64,000 nt of DNA from an uncultured Bacteroidales bacterium. GTDB taxonomy: Bacteria; Bacteroidota; Bacteroidia; Bacteroidales; JAAYJT01. Shown one piece after another: positions 1 through 10,730 of this stretch. The stretch lies in contig CAYQRU010000004.1 in NCBI GenBank assembly GCA_964419945.1, positions 2,299-66,298 on the forward strand, in the 5' to 3' direction. The notes below the pieces were generated by a model. The model ran no database searches, was not told the DNA's origin, and saw nothing but the letters and a program-made list of their open reading frames with translations. How positions within the stretch are numbered: the first letter of the stretch is position 1; the number at the start of each line of letters is the position of its first letter. The translations under genes were made by a program, and so were the position numbers.

Positions 1-800
1 TAAATTTCCTGGGTAAACCTTGAAAAAGCTTTGAAATCATCAAACTGGAATGCAAGGTCAAGAAGCAGTTCAGTATTTGGGGTTTGCACAATCAAATCCC
101 TGGTGGAAATTCCATCGTGTGTAACTGTAATATCGGTACGCAGGCGGTTTAAAATAAATCCACAACTTTCAATAGCACTCAGGTGGTGCAAATGTGCAAA
201 CAGGGTATCGTTTCTATACGATAAATCGCTAAGGGTCAAATAAATATTTGAAATATCCAGGTGGTCGTAATTCATCCCACTGGAAGTGGTATCCACATTG
301 TGATTATGCAAAGAAAAAATTCCGTCTGAGACAGAAGCATTCATCAGTCTGAAATTCCAGGGTTTGGAAGCACTTTCGGTACTGTCGTGGATGGAGAAGT
401 AATCAATGATAAACTGAAAATTCATGACAGAATCCCCGGGATAGGTGACAAGGTTTATCTCAGGTTTTTCCAATGCAATTCTTCCGACTCCTATATCACG
501 AGCCTTAAGTCTCAGATCGGTCAGGCTAAATTGCAGGCGGTTGGTTCTCAGAATGGGTTTATCTCTTTTATCGTTTATACCAAGGTTAGTAATATCAATG
601 TCTAACGGGAAAACGATCCTGAGTTTTTCGATATATACTTCGGTTTTCAATTCCTGGCTGAGATAGGCAGCCGCTTTTTTTGCAAAATAGGTTTGCACCA
701 TGCCCTGCTGAATGAAAATGAAGAATGAAATCAACAGCAAGATGAGTACGAGAAAAACCCACGTTAATATCCTGAATGCTTTTTTGATAACTTTGCCCAT
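1..800 (-). CDS. TamB/AsmA-like translocation and assembly module protein, N-terminal part (runs off the window; not in the ORF track)
   Basis: Manual translation from ATG at 800 is open to position 1: MGKVIKKAFRILTWVFLVLILLLISFFIFIQQGMVQTYFAKKAAAYLSQELKTEVYIEKL...NFQFIIDYF. It has an N-terminal membrane anchor and a beta-rich body, and lies head-to-head with tsaD as tamB-like genes commonly do in Bacteroidota. Confidence 0.7.
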   Translation of the reverse strand, partial: MGKVIKKAFRILTWVFLVLILLLISFFIFIQQGMVQTYFAKKAAAYLSQELKTEVYIEKLRIVFPLDIDITNLGINDKRDKPILRTNRLQFSLTDLRLKARDIGVGRIALEKPEINLVTYPGDSVMNFQFIIDYFSIHDSTESASKPWNFRLMNASVSDGIFSLHNHNVDTTSSGMNYDHLDISNIYLTLSDLSYRNDTLFAHLHHLSAIESCGFILNRLRTDITVTHDGISTRDLIVQTPNTELLLDLAFQFDDFKAFSRFTQEI

Positions 801-826
801 TTAAACAGGAAATCAAATATTCATCA

Positions 827-1858
827 ATGGCAGTTTTAATATTAGGTATTGAATCTTCATGCGACGATACATCTGCAGCGGTGCTGGAAGGGAATATTGT
901 TCGCTCCAACATCATTGCCAATCAATCGGTTCACAAAGATTTCGGTGGAGTAGTTCCCGAACTTGCGAGCCGTGCTCATCAACAAAATATAATACCTGTT
1001 GTGGAAACTGCCTTAAAAACGGCAAAAGTAAAGAAATATGATATTCATGCGCTTGCCTTTACACGTGGTCCGGGCTTGCTCGGTTCTTTACTGGTTGGAG
1101 TTTCTTTTGCCAAAGCCTTTACGCAGGCATTGAATATTCCACTTATCGAGGTAGACCACATGCAGGCACATATTTTGGCACATTTTATCAGGAAAGAAAG
1201 CGAATCCAAACCCATGCCTTCGTTTCCGTTTTTATGCCTTACTGTCTCGGGTGGTCATACACAGATCGTTCAGGTAAATAGTTTTTCAGATATGAATGTG
1301 ATTGGCCAAACCATTGATGACGCTGCTGGTGAAGCTTTCGACAAGGCGGCAAAAATCATGGGATTGCCCTATCCTGGAGGTCCTGTGATTGACAAACTGG
1401 CAAGCAATGGCAGGGCTGATGCTTTCAGGTTTTCAAAACCAAATATTCCTGGCTTTGACTATAGTTTCAGTGGACTGAAAACCTCATTTCTCTATTTTTT
1501 GCGCGACCGGTTAAAATCTGATCCTCATTTTATTGAATCCAATAAAGCCGACCTGGCTGCCTCCATTCAGGCTGTCATTATTGAAATATTGACAGATAAA
1601 CTGATCAGGGCTTCTAAACAGACAGGTATCAGTGAAATTGCCATTGCAGGGGGCGTATCCGCGAATTCAGGTTTGAGAAAAAAAATGCTGGAATTACAGC
1701 AAAGTAATAGCTGGAATGTCTATCTTCCTGACTTTCATTACAGCACTGATAATGCCGCAATGATTGCGGTTGCAGGTTATTATAAATTTTTGAGAAAAGA
1801 ATTCAGCAGCCTCAGTGCAGTCCCTTACTCAAGAATAGGTCAGGGGAGTTGGACCTGA
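827..1858 (+). CDS. tsaD: tRNA N6-threonylcarbamoyladenosine biosynthesis protein TsaD
   Basis: ILGIESSCDDT, GGVVPELASRAH, HMQAH metal motif, SGGHT, DDAAGEAFDK, TDNAAMI. Confidence 0.97.
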   Translation: MAVLILGIESSCDDTSAAVLEGNIVRSNIIANQSVHKDFGGVVPELASRAHQQNIIPVVETALKTAKVKKYDIHALAFTRGPGLLGSLLVGVSFAKAFTQALNIPLIEVDHMQAHILAHFIRKESESKPMPSFPFLCLTVSGGHTQIVQVNSFSDMNVIGQTIDDAAGEAFDKAAKIMGLPYPGGPVIDKLASNGRADAFRFSKPNIPGFDYSFSGLKTSFLYFLRDRLKSDPHFIESNKADLAASIQAVIIEILTDKLIRASKQTGISEIAIAGGVSANSGLRKKMLELQQSNSWNVYLPDFHYSTDNAAMIAVAGYYKFLRKEFSSLSAVPYSRIGQGSWT

Positions 1859-2106
1859 GCATCGTAATTATTATAAAATAACTTCGTGTCATTTTTCTTC
1901 CCTGTTGATAAATTGCTAATAAATCCTAATTCTCTTGAATTGAAGTAAAAGATTGTGTGTTAGATATCCAAAAATGACTATCATTGCAACTTCTTAAGAA
2001 TAAATCTTTGATTTTGGCAAGATTTTGGCTTGTGATCCAGTTTCCCTATTACACAGGGTTATTCATGTAAAATTATTGATAAATAGTAACTTGTAAAAAA
2101 TCATTC

Positions 2107-2772
2107 ATGAAAAAGTACGCATATTATGTACTCCCGCCTGCAATTTTGATTGCAGCTTTTGTTTTTGTTGCATTTCAACAGGCAACAAAGCCATCTAAGG
2201 CAGATAAATACAAATCTGTAATAATAGGTAATCAGGAATGGATGACAGAAAATCTCAATGTTGACCGTTTTCGTAATGGCGATTTAATCCCTCAGGCAAA
2301 AACTGACCAGGAGTGGAAAATCTTTACGCAACAGGGAAAGCCCGCATGGTGTTTTTATGATAACAATTCCGCCAACGAATTGAAATACGGGAGAATGTAT
2401 AACTGGTTTGCAGTGAGTGACCCGCGCGGTCTGGCACCTGATGGTTGGCGAATTCCGATTGATTATGACTGGAAAGAACTTGGCAGAGCACTTGGTAGTG
2501 AAGAATTGGCCGGATATAAAATGAAATCAAAGAACGGATGGAATGAGAGTGGTAATGGCTCAAACTCAAGCAACTTTAACGGTTTACCGGGTGGCTACCG
2601 CCACTACAACGGGCAATTCAGTTCAGTGGGCGACAATGGATTCTGGTGGAGTGCCGATCTTTACGACAACGATAATGCAAACGCTTGTTATCTCAGCAAA
2701 AGCCTCGATAACTTTTATCGCAACTATTTCAATAAAGGCTACGGTTTTTCGGTTCGTTGCATTAAGGAATAG
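2107..2772 (+). CDS. Fibrobacter succinogenes major paralogous domain (FISUMP) protein with N-terminal anchor
   Basis: IGNQEWMTENLNV, YGRMYNWFAV, GLAPDGWRIP, FNGLPGGYR, GYGFSVRCIKE. Confidence 0.9.
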   Translation: MKKYAYYVLPPAILIAAFVFVAFQQATKPSKADKYKSVIIGNQEWMTENLNVDRFRNGDLIPQAKTDQEWKIFTQQGKPAWCFYDNNSANELKYGRMYNWFAVSDPRGLAPDGWRIPIDYDWKELGRALGSEELAGYKMKSKNGWNESGNGSNSSNFNGLPGGYRHYNGQFSSVGDNGFWWSADLYDNDNANACYLSKSLDNFYRNYFNKGYGFSVRCIKE

Positions 2773-5161
2773 CAATCCTGTTTTGCAGTTTGCCTGAAAA
2801 TATCAATGCCAGGCAATAAGCCAATATTGCGTTTAACATCACACAAGCATATCCGGCTTCAACAGCCAATAGTATCGCAAGCGGTGAAGCTATCACCGAA
2901 AAGCAGCCATTAATGCCCCATGCCCAGGGAACAATGTTGTTGTTACTTTCTGAAATAATCTTCAGTGCCACAGGAAATGGCATTCCCATAAAAAATGCCG
3001 GTAAGGCAATCACCACGAACGCAATGATCGTTTTATAAATTGCTGGCAATCCTATGGTTGCCTTCAGCAAAGGATTCAATCCGGAGAGTATTGCAGTAAA
3101 ACAAATCAGAATAATCAGGAATACAGGCAGCAAATTTTCCTGTGTCATGTTTCGTTTTCCCGAAATGTAACTTCCTGTGCCAGAGGCAATCATCATCATA
3201 GTGATTACCCATGAAGCCGCAATTACCGGCGTTCCAAAATAAATAATGAAGCGCTGAATAAAAATAATTTCAACGAACATGTATCCCAATCCCAAAGTTG
3301 AAAAATAGATGAGTACCGGCAGTTTCCTGTGACTTTTGGATTTTAACCTCAGCAGAGGCAACAAGATAAATAAAATTGCAAAAAATGTTACCTGTATTAA
3401 GGTAACATAAACTATCAGGTAGCCCAGTTCAAGGTAAGGAATTGTCTGACTGTTGTAAAGTGTTCGAAGCAAAGGCAGGGTATTGAGCCGTATGAAATGA
3501 TTGAAATATGGACTGTTATCTGTGGAAGGCTCAATATGAAAGCCATACTGGTCGAAGTTCATATTACTTGCGACAATAGAATCAATGAGACTGAAAAAAA
3601 ACGGATCGCTGAAGACATTGTATTTGTTGCGTTCAGTATCTGTAACTCCTGGTAATAATACCGGATCGAAATAAAGAGAATCGCAAAAAACACGAACCTC
3701 ATTTATTTGTTCTTCCTGAAGCGGTGATTTGGTAACAACAAAGGTAACAGTGCCCCAACTCTTGATCATTACAATGTGTTGCAATATCTTTGAAATGTTG
3801 TTTTCTCTTAGCATTTGAACAAGAGTTGCACAAATTTTCAGGGGAGTCTTTACAGGGTAATCAAGATACGATGATACTGTGAGGCAGCCATTGGGTTTCA
3901 GCGTATTCCACGTTTGGTTGAAACCCTCCAAAGTAAGCAAGTAATTTTCCTGCATGGCGCAGAGTCCTGAGGTGCCTCCAAATGCATCAGGAACAGGCAG
4001 AATAATTATATCATATTGATGTTTCGAAGATGCGAGCAATGTCCGTGAATCAATGGTGTGGACGCGAACGTTTTCGTGACTGTAAAGATATCCTGATTTC
4101 TCTGCCAGGTTGGTTTGCATCATACGAACGAGTGTTTTGTTGGGTTCAGACACAACTACTGCATTAGCTCCGCGGCGCAGAGCCTGGACTGCAAAATATC
4201 CGGTTCCCCCGTTGAGTACCAGTACAGAATCGGGTTTACAAATTGCGTATGGCAATGCAAACGTTGAGTAATCCGGCCATAAATTTGTATGCATATCAGG
4301 TTTGCTGACAATACCCGTAAAATCGCCATTGATAAAAACAGCTGGCAACGCAGGAACTTCGCCCTCGAAAGATAAACTGATTCCTGGCGCATAACGCATT
4401 GCTGTAGAAGTAATCACCTGGTTCAAACCAAAGATACCCGGCTTTTCGTAAATAATTTTTGCATCAGGAAGGTTCATCGCTTTACTCAGACTTTTATATT
4501 GTGAAATGTTTAATGTATAAGGAATTGTCTGGTTGATTAACACTGCGCAAATTAAGCCTGATGAAATAATAATGGCATAAGCAGGCGTAATTCTTTTTAG
4601 TAACAATAATCCGGAAGACACCAAAAGCAATGCGCATAATGATTTGGCTTCCCATGGAAACATCAAATTTAATACGGGTAATGCCAGCAATGCGCCCAAT
4701 CCTGATCCGATAAGGTTCATGAAATATAACCTGCTGATATCGGTAATATACACGGTAAAAATAATTCCGATTGCAAGGGCAGCAAAATAAAAAGGCAGGA
4801 AATATATGATCAGGTTGGTGGCAAGTTTCCAGAAATGATTGTAATCAATAAATAAAAGATACAGATCAAAGGAAAGAAGCTCTGTACCGGCAAGCCTCAG
4901 ACCTGGTTCAAGGCTGAGCCCGGATGCAAAAGCAAATATAGGTAACAGAGTGTTCTTATGTTTGGTAAGTTTATCCCTGAAAATAGAAATTGTCGTTCCT
5001 GCAGCTCCAAAACCGAGAAGGGCTATGGATATAATCATAAATGCAAAATGATGCCATTGCTCATTTGATAGGATTTGCATCAAAGTTATCTGCGAAGCTA
5101 TGACAGCGACTGAAAGTAGAACGAGTGCCAATCCGAATCGCAATGGTAAAACGGGCTTCAT
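2762..5161 (-). CDS. Multi-pass membrane protein with central spermidine-synthase-like / class I SAM-binding domain
   Basis: About 7 N-terminal TM helices, a soluble domain with VLVLNGGTG and YDIIILPVPD, a HIEPSTDNSPYF motif, and about 7 C-terminal TM helices ending WAWGINGCFSV. Confidence 0.75.
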   Translation of the reverse strand: MKPVLPLRFGLALVLLSVAVIASQITLMQILSNEQWHHFAFMIISIALLGFGAAGTTISIFRDKLTKHKNTLLPIFAFASGLSLEPGLRLAGTELLSFDLYLLFIDYNHFWKLATNLIIYFLPFYFAALAIGIIFTVYITDISRLYFMNLIGSGLGALLALPVLNLMFPWEAKSLCALLLVSSGLLLLKRITPAYAIIISSGLICAVLINQTIPYTLNISQYKSLSKAMNLPDAKIIYEKPGIFGLNQVITSTAMRYAPGISLSFEGEVPALPAVFINGDFTGIVSKPDMHTNLWPDYSTFALPYAICKPDSVLVLNGGTGYFAVQALRRGANAVVVSEPNKTLVRMMQTNLAEKSGYLYSHENVRVHTIDSRTLLASSKHQYDIIILPVPDAFGGTSGLCAMQENYLLTLEGFNQTWNTLKPNGCLTVSSYLDYPVKTPLKICATLVQMLRENNISKILQHIVMIKSWGTVTFVVTKSPLQEEQINEVRVFCDSLYFDPVLLPGVTDTERNKYNVFSDPFFFSLIDSIVASNMNFDQYGFHIEPSTDNSPYFNHFIRLNTLPLLRTLYNSQTIPYLELGYLIVYVTLIQVTFFAILFILLPLLRLKSKSHRKLPVLIYFSTLGLGYMFVEIIFIQRFIIYFGTPVIAASWVITMMMIASGTGSYISGKRNMTQENLLPVFLIILICFTAILSGLNPLLKATIGLPAIYKTIIAFVVIALPAFFMGMPFPVALKIISESNNNIVPWAWGINGCFSVIASPLAILLAVEAGYACVMLNAILAYCLALIFSGKLQNRIAIP

Positions 5162-5880
5162 GGCTTCTTTTCCTGGCTTCTGGTAAAAGGAACGAACCTC
5201 ACCGGCATCATGTTCCTTGTGAGGGTTTTACCGTTGATTTTCTCGACGAGTGTAAGTTGCTGTACCATGAATGGGGTTCCCACCGGTATGATCATCTTAC
5301 CACCTTCTTTTAATTGCGAGAGCAGGGGAGGGGGAATAAATTCGGCTGCAGCCGTGACGATTATTGCATCGAATGGTCCTGCAGCTTCCCATCCATCATA
5401 ACCATCGCCGCATCGAATATGAATATTCCTGTAATTCAGCTTGTTGAAGAGTTTTTCTGAATTTTCCGCAAGTTCCGGAATAATCTCAATGGTGTATACC
5501 TTACTCACGATTTGCGAAAGTATGGCCGCCTGATAACCTGAGCCTGTTCCAATTTCAAGCACTACATCGTCAGCTCCGGGATCCACTATTTCTGTCATAT
5601 ATGCAACAATATAAGGCTGTGAAATTGTTTGCCCGTAGCCGATGGGTAATGGATTATCACGGTAGGCATTCGAAGTTTGGGTTTGTGGTACAAATTGATG
5701 TCGCGGAACGATTCTCATGGCATCGAGGGTAGGTTCATGTCTGATTCCCCGGCTGAAAATCTGCTCGTTAACCATACGTTCCCTTTCGTTGCGGTATGCT
5801 TCGGGCTTTGACTGACCAGAAGTCATAGCCGGAAAAAATACGATCAATAACAGAATTGTTGCAGAAATAAATGGTTTCAT
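5158..5880 (-). CDS. pcm: Protein-L-isoaspartate O-methyltransferase with N-terminal signal-peptide-like extension
   Basis: VPRHQFVP, PLPIGYGQTISQPYIVAYM, VLEIGTGSGYQAAIL, GPFDAIIVTAA, QLKEGGKMIIPVG, VRFVPF. Confidence 0.92.
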   Translation of the reverse strand: MKPFISATILLLIVFFPAMTSGQSKPEAYRNERERMVNEQIFSRGIRHEPTLDAMRIVPRHQFVPQTQTSNAYRDNPLPIGYGQTISQPYIVAYMTEIVDPGADDVVLEIGTGSGYQAAILSQIVSKVYTIEIIPELAENSEKLFNKLNYRNIHIRCGDGYDGWEAAGPFDAIIVTAAAEFIPPPLLSQLKEGGKMIIPVGTPFMVQQLTLVEKINGKTLTRNMMPVRFVPFTRSQEKKP

Positions 5881-5968
5881 ATTCGCATGGTGTTGGGTTG
5901 AAACGGAAGTACGATGAGGACAAACTTACAAAAAAAACCAATTGGTGCTGTTGACACCAGATTAACAC

Positions 5969-6007
5969 AAAATAAAACCCCATTACGGTTATATGCCGTA
6001 ATGGGGT
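5969..6007 (-). terminator. Intrinsic terminator after the rpoBC-DUF3467 operon
   Basis: Perfect 12-bp stem ACCCCATTACGG/CCGTAATGGGGT with 7-nt loop, followed on the minus strand by TTTATTTT. Confidence 0.85.
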
Positions 6008-6028
6008 CACTATTGTTTTTGGAGTGAA

Positions 6029-6337
6029 TCAGGCTTGTGCTGTCGGTGCACCAAGGCTGAAAGGCAGGTTGTCAGCTTCCGACTCTTTGATCATACCATG
6101 CATGGATTCAAACTTTGCAATATTTTCTTTCAGAGCTTTCAGCAATCGTTTGGTATGTTGAGGAGTCAGAATGATCCTCGATTTTACCTTGGCTTTTGGT
6201 ATTCCGGGCATCATTTTCACAAAATCAATAATGAATTCAGATTGAGAATGTGTGATTATAGCCAGGTTTGAATATATACCTTCGGCGATTTCGTCGGAAA
6301 GTTCAATGTTAATCTGTTGATTTTTTGGAGGTTCCAT
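6029..6337 (-). CDS. DUF3467 family protein
   Basis: INIELSDEIAEGIYSNLAIITHSQSEFIIDF...VKSRIILTPQHTKRLL; the usual rpoC-downstream gene in Bacteroidota. Confidence 0.85.
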   Translation of the reverse strand: MEPPKNQQINIELSDEIAEGIYSNLAIITHSQSEFIIDFVKMMPGIPKAKVKSRIILTPQHTKRLLKALKENIAKFESMHGMIKESEADNLPFSLGAPTAQA

Positions 6338-6377
6338 TTTAATTCATATTTAAGTTACTGGCAGGGAGGTATGGCGC

Positions 6378-9300
6378 TTATTTATCGCTTTTCGATGCCA
6401 TCAGTTGTTCATATTCTTCTGTTGATCCAACAATGATGCGGTCGTACTCCCGCAGGCCTGTACCTGCCGGAATCAAATGACCCACTATTACGTTTTCTTT
6501 TAATCCTACCAGTTCGTCTCTTTTAGCGTTCACTGAAGCTGATGTCAACACCTTGGTAGTTTCCTGGAAAGAGGCAGCCGAAATCCAGCTTTTGGTTTGC
6601 AATGAAGCACGGGTGATGCCCTGAAGTACCTGACGGGCAGTTGCAGGTTTGGCATCGCGGGCTTCAACCAATGCTTTATCACGGCGCTTCAGAAGCGAAT
6701 TTTCGTCACGGAGTTTACGAGCTGTAAGAATTTGTCCTGCTTTATAATTGGCTGAGTCACCTGCATTGACAACAACTTTTTTCCCGAAAATCCAGTCGTT
6801 TTCTTCATGGAAATCGGTTTTATTCACCAACTCGCCTTCAAGGAATTTTGTATCGCCGGGATCTTCAACTTCAACCTTACGCATCATCTGCCGGACGATT
6901 ACTTCAAAGTGCTTGTCGTTGATCTTCACACCCTGAAGGCGATATACTTCCTGGACTTCATTCACGATATACTCCTGAACTTTCATTGGGCCTTTTATAG
7001 CGAGAATGTCAGCAGGAGTAATAGCTCCGTCGGAAAGGGGAGTACCTGCTTTGACATAATCGTTTTCCTGAGCGAGAATCTGCTTGGTGGTCGGTACAAG
7101 GTAACTTTTTTCTTCTCCTGTTTTTGAAGTGATTATTACTTCTCTGTTTCCGCGCTTCAATTTCTTGCCAAATGAAACAACACCATCAATTTCAGATACA
7201 ACGGCGGGATCGGAGGGATTACGCGCTTCGAATAATTCGGTGACACGTGGTAAACCTCCGGTGATGTCACCGGTTTTACCGATGGCTCTGGGAATTTTCA
7301 CCAGGATTTCTCCCGCTTTGATCTGATAACCTTCTTCCACAATAATGTGGGCTCCAACAGGAATATCATAAATCCTGAGGGGTACGTTGTCGTCCGACAT
7401 GATCCTGATGGCGGGATTCTTGGCCTTATGACGGGTTTCAATTACCACTTTGTCATGATATCCGGTTTGTTCATCAGATTCCACTTTATAAGTGACACCC
7501 TCGATGATATTGTCATAAACAATCTTACCTGAAACCTCCGATAGAATCACCGCATTGTAAGGATCCCATTCTGCAATAAGATCACCGTTAGTAATTTCAG
7601 CACCACTGCGGAAATATAGTTTTGCTCCATAAGGAATATGAGCTGATGTCAGCGGGATGCCTGTATTTTTATCAATAATACGCATTTCGGCAGAACGTCC
7701 GATCACCATATCTATCATTCTTCCATCAGAACCTTGGTATTCAACATAACGTAATTCATCAATTTCAATCGTACCATTATACCTGGATTGAATTTTTGAG
7801 GAAATGGCAATGCTGGAAGCGGTACCACCGACGTGAAAGGTTCTCAGGGTAAGCTGTGTTCCTGGTTCACCAATGGATTGTGCCGCAATCACACCTACTG
7901 CCTCTCCTTTCTGAACCATATATCCGGTGGCAAGATTTCTACCATAACACTTTGCACACACTCCCTGTTTCGATTCGCAGGTAAGAACTGAACGTATTTC
8001 AACAGATTCGATTGGGGATTCTTCGATGATACGGCAGATATTTTCAGTTAATTCTTCACCAGCAGATATGATCAATTCTCCCGTGTTGGGGTGGTGCACG
8101 TCGTGCAGGGTGACACGGCCAAGGATACGGTCATAAAGTGTTTCGACAACTTCTTCACTCTTTTTCAGCGCAGTGATCATCAAACCACGCAAAGTCCCGC
8201 AATCTTCTTCTGAAATGATCACATCCTGCGAAACATCCACAAGACGTCTTGTAAGGTATCCGGCATCGGCTGTTTTTAAAGCAGTATCTGCCAATCCTTT
8301 TCGTGCGCCGTGGGTAGAAATGAAGTACTCGAGCACGGACAGTCCTTCTTTGAAGTTTGATAATATGGGATTTTCAATAATTTCACCACCCGTTGCAGTG
8401 GATTTTTGAGGTTTGGCCATCAAACCGCGCATGCCTGAGAGCTGACGAATCTGTTCTTTGGAGCCACGGGCACCTGAATCAAGCATCATATAAACCGGAT
8501 TGAATCCTTGTTTATCTCTTACAAGTTTATCCATCAGGGTGATGGTGAGATGAGAATTGGTGTGCGACCAGACATCAATAATTTTATTATACCGCTCATT
8601 GTTGGTAATAAATCCCATGTTGTAGTTCATGAGGATTTCTTCAACTTCCTGGTTGGCTTCATCAATCAGCCTGACTTTTTCCTCCGGAACGATTACATCT
8701 CCAAGATTAAAAGAGAGACCACCTTTGAATGCCATGTAGAATCCAAGGTCTTTGATATTATCGAGAAATCTGGCAGCCTTGGCATTGTCGGTTTTCTTCA
8801 GAATATCACCGATAATATCCCTGAGGGCTTTTTTATTCAATACCTGATTGATATATCCATATTCTTTGGGGACTACCTGATTAAAAAGTACACGTCCTAC
8901 AGTAGTATCAATGATTTTATTGATAAAAGTGCCATTTTCAGGAACTTCGATTCTTGCCTTGATAAAAGCATGTAAATCAACTTTGCGTTCGTTGTAGGCA
9001 ATGATGACTTCTTCAGGAGAGTAGAAAATCATTCCCTCACCTTTCACCGGATGTTCGGGTGTGTTTTTTCGGCCTTTGGTCATGTAATAAAGACCCAGCA
9101 CCATGTCCTGCGACGGAACAGTAATTGGTGCACCATTTGCAGGATTCAGAATGTTATGGGAAGCCAGCATAAGAATCTGTGCCTCCAGAATGGCTGCATT
9201 TCCTAACGGAACATGCACTGCCATCTGGTCTCCGTCAAAGTCGGCATTAAATGCTGTACAAACCAGAGGATGCAATTGTATTGCCTTACCTTCAATCAGT

Positions 9301-10661
9301 TTAGGCTGAAATGCCTGAATACCTAACCGGTGCAGGGTCGGGGCGCGGTTCAATAATACAGGATGTCCTTTCAGTATATTTTCAAGAATATCCCATACGA
9401 CCGGATCTTTCCGATCAACAATTTTCTTTGCTGATTTGACAGTTTTGACAATTCCTCTTTCCAGCAGTTTGCGGATAATGAAAGGCTTGTAAAGTTCAGA
9501 GGCCATTTCTTTCGGAAGGCCGCACTCATAGAGTTTAAGCTCAGGTCCGACCACGATAACCGAACGGCCGGAGTAGTCAACACGCTTACCCAGCAGGTTC
9601 TGGCGGAAACGTCCTTGTTTTCCTTTCAGGCTATCGCTCAAAGATTTCAGCGCCCTGTTCGACTCTGTCTTAACTGAACTGGCCTTTCTTGAATTGTCAA
9701 ACAAAGAGTCAACGGCTTCCTGCAACATGCGTTTTTCATTGCGCATGATCACATCAGGAGCTTTGATTTCTATCAGCCTTTTCAGGCGGTTGTTTCGTAT
9801 GATCACGCGACGGTAGAGGTCGTTGAGATCGGACGTAGCAAATCGTCCACCATCCAGTGGAACCAACGGACGCAGTTCAGGTGGTATAACAGGTACTACC
9901 TTTACGATCATCCATTCGGGCCTGTTTTCAATATGGCGCTGTCCATCTCGGAAAGCTTCGAAAACCTGCAGGCGTTTGAGAATTTCCTGCTTGCGTTGTT
10001 GCGAGGTTTCTTTGTTGGCACGGTCGCGTAATTCAAAAGATTCTTTATCAAGATCGAGCCGGCCGAGAAGATCATAAAGCGCTTCAGCTCCCATCCTTGC
10101 TATGAACTTCTCAGGATCGCTGTCATCAAGATATTGATTTTCTTTGGGCAATGAATCCAGAATTTCAAAGTATTCTTCTTCGGAGAGGAAATCAAGGTAC
10201 TGGATGTTGTTGTGACGTTTTACACCAGGGTTGATCACTACATACTTCTCATAATAGATAATGGATTCAATTTTTTTTGTGGGAATTCCAAGCAGTGCTC
10301 CGATTTTATTTGGTAATGATCTGAAAAACCATATATGTGCCACAGGAACAACCAGTTGGATATGCCCCATACGTTCGCGGCGTACCTTCTTTTCGGTAAC
10401 TTCAACACCGCAACGATCGCAAACGATACCTTTGTACCTGATACGTTTGTATTTTCCACAATGACATTCCCAATCTTTTACAGGCCCGAATATTCTTTCG
10501 CAAAACAATCCATCGCGTTCAGGTTTATAAGTCCGGTAATTAATGGTTTCTGGTTTCAGCACTTCTCCACTTGATCGTTCCAGAATGTATTCAGGTGAAG
10601 AAAGGCTGATGGTAATGCTGGAAAAAGCGCTGCCTACCGTATTGTCTTTTCTAAAAGCCAT
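6378..10661 (-). CDS. rpoC: RNA polymerase beta-prime subunit
   Basis: [12 protein letters not shown] catalytic motif, zinc finger [28 protein letters not shown]. Confidence 0.99.
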   Translation of the reverse strand: MAFRKDNTVGSAFSSITISLSSPEYILERSSGEVLKPETINYRTYKPERDGLFCERIFGPVKDWECHCGKYKRIRYKGIVCDRCGVEVTEKKVRRERMGHIQLVVPVAHIWFFRSLPNKIGALLGIPTKKIESIIYYEKYVVINPGVKRHNNIQYLDFLSEEEYFEILDSLPKENQYLDDSDPEKFIARMGAEALYDLLGRLDLDKESFELRDRANKETSQQRKQEILKRLQVFEAFRDGQRHIENRPEWMIVKVVPVIPPELRPLVPLDGGRFATSDLNDLYRRVIIRNNRLKRLIEIKAPDVIMRNEKRMLQEAVDSLFDNSRKASSVKTESNRALKSLSDSLKGKQGRFRQNLLGKRVDYSGRSVIVVGPELKLYECGLPKEMASELYKPFIIRKLLERGIVKTVKSAKKIVDRKDPVVWDILENILKGHPVLLNRAPTLHRLGIQAFQPKLIEGKAIQLHPLVCTAFNADFDGDQMAVHVPLGNAAILEAQILMLASHNILNPANGAPITVPSQDMVLGLYYMTKGRKNTPEHPVKGEGMIFYSPEEVIIAYNERKVDLHAFIKARIEVPENGTFINKIIDTTVGRVLFNQVVPKEYGYINQVLNKKALRDIIGDILKKTDNAKAARFLDNIKDLGFYMAFKGGLSFNLGDVIVPEEKVRLIDEANQEVEEILMNYNMGFITNNERYNKIIDVWSHTNSHLTITLMDKLVRDKQGFNPVYMMLDSGARGSKEQIRQLSGMRGLMAKPQKSTATGGEIIENPILSNFKEGLSVLEYFISTHGARKGLADTALKTADAGYLTRRLVDVSQDVIISEEDCGTLRGLMITALKKSEEVVETLYDRILGRVTLHDVHHPNTGELIISAGEELTENICRIIEESPIESVEIRSVLTCESKQGVCAKCYGRNLATGYMVQKGEAVGVIAAQSIGEPGTQLTLRTFHVGGTASSIAISSKIQSRYNGTIEIDELRYVEYQGSDGRMIDMVIGRSAEMRIIDKNTGIPLTSAHIPYGAKLYFRSGAEITNGDLIAEWDPYNAVILSEVSGKIVYDNIIEGVTYKVESDEQTGYHDKVVIETRHKAKNPAIRIMSDDNVPLRIYDIPVGAHIIVEEGYQIKAGEILVKIPRAIGKTGDITGGLPRVTELFEARNPSDPAVVSEIDGVVSFGKKLKRGNREVIITSKTGEEKSYLVPTTKQILAQENDYVKAGTPLSDGAITPADILAIKGPMKVQEYIVNEVQEVYRLQGVKINDKHFEVIVRQMMRKVEVEDPGDTKFLEGELVNKTDFHEENDWIFGKKVVVNAGDSANYKAGQILTARKLRDENSLLKRRDKALVEARDAKPATARQVLQGITRASLQTKSWISAASFQETTKVLTSASVNAKRDELVGLKENVIVGHLIPAGTGLREYDRIIVGSTEEYEQLMASKSDK

Positions 10662-10730
10662 TTTATTTTATATAAAGTAATTTGATGACTGTGTTAATAA
10701 ATACCTTGCCGGATAGGTTTTTACGGTATA

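Noticed and set aside
595-921. 108-aa minus-strand ORF from the track
   Set aside because: It is an off-frame shadow of the tamB-like gene and overlaps tsaD; the real frame starts at 800.
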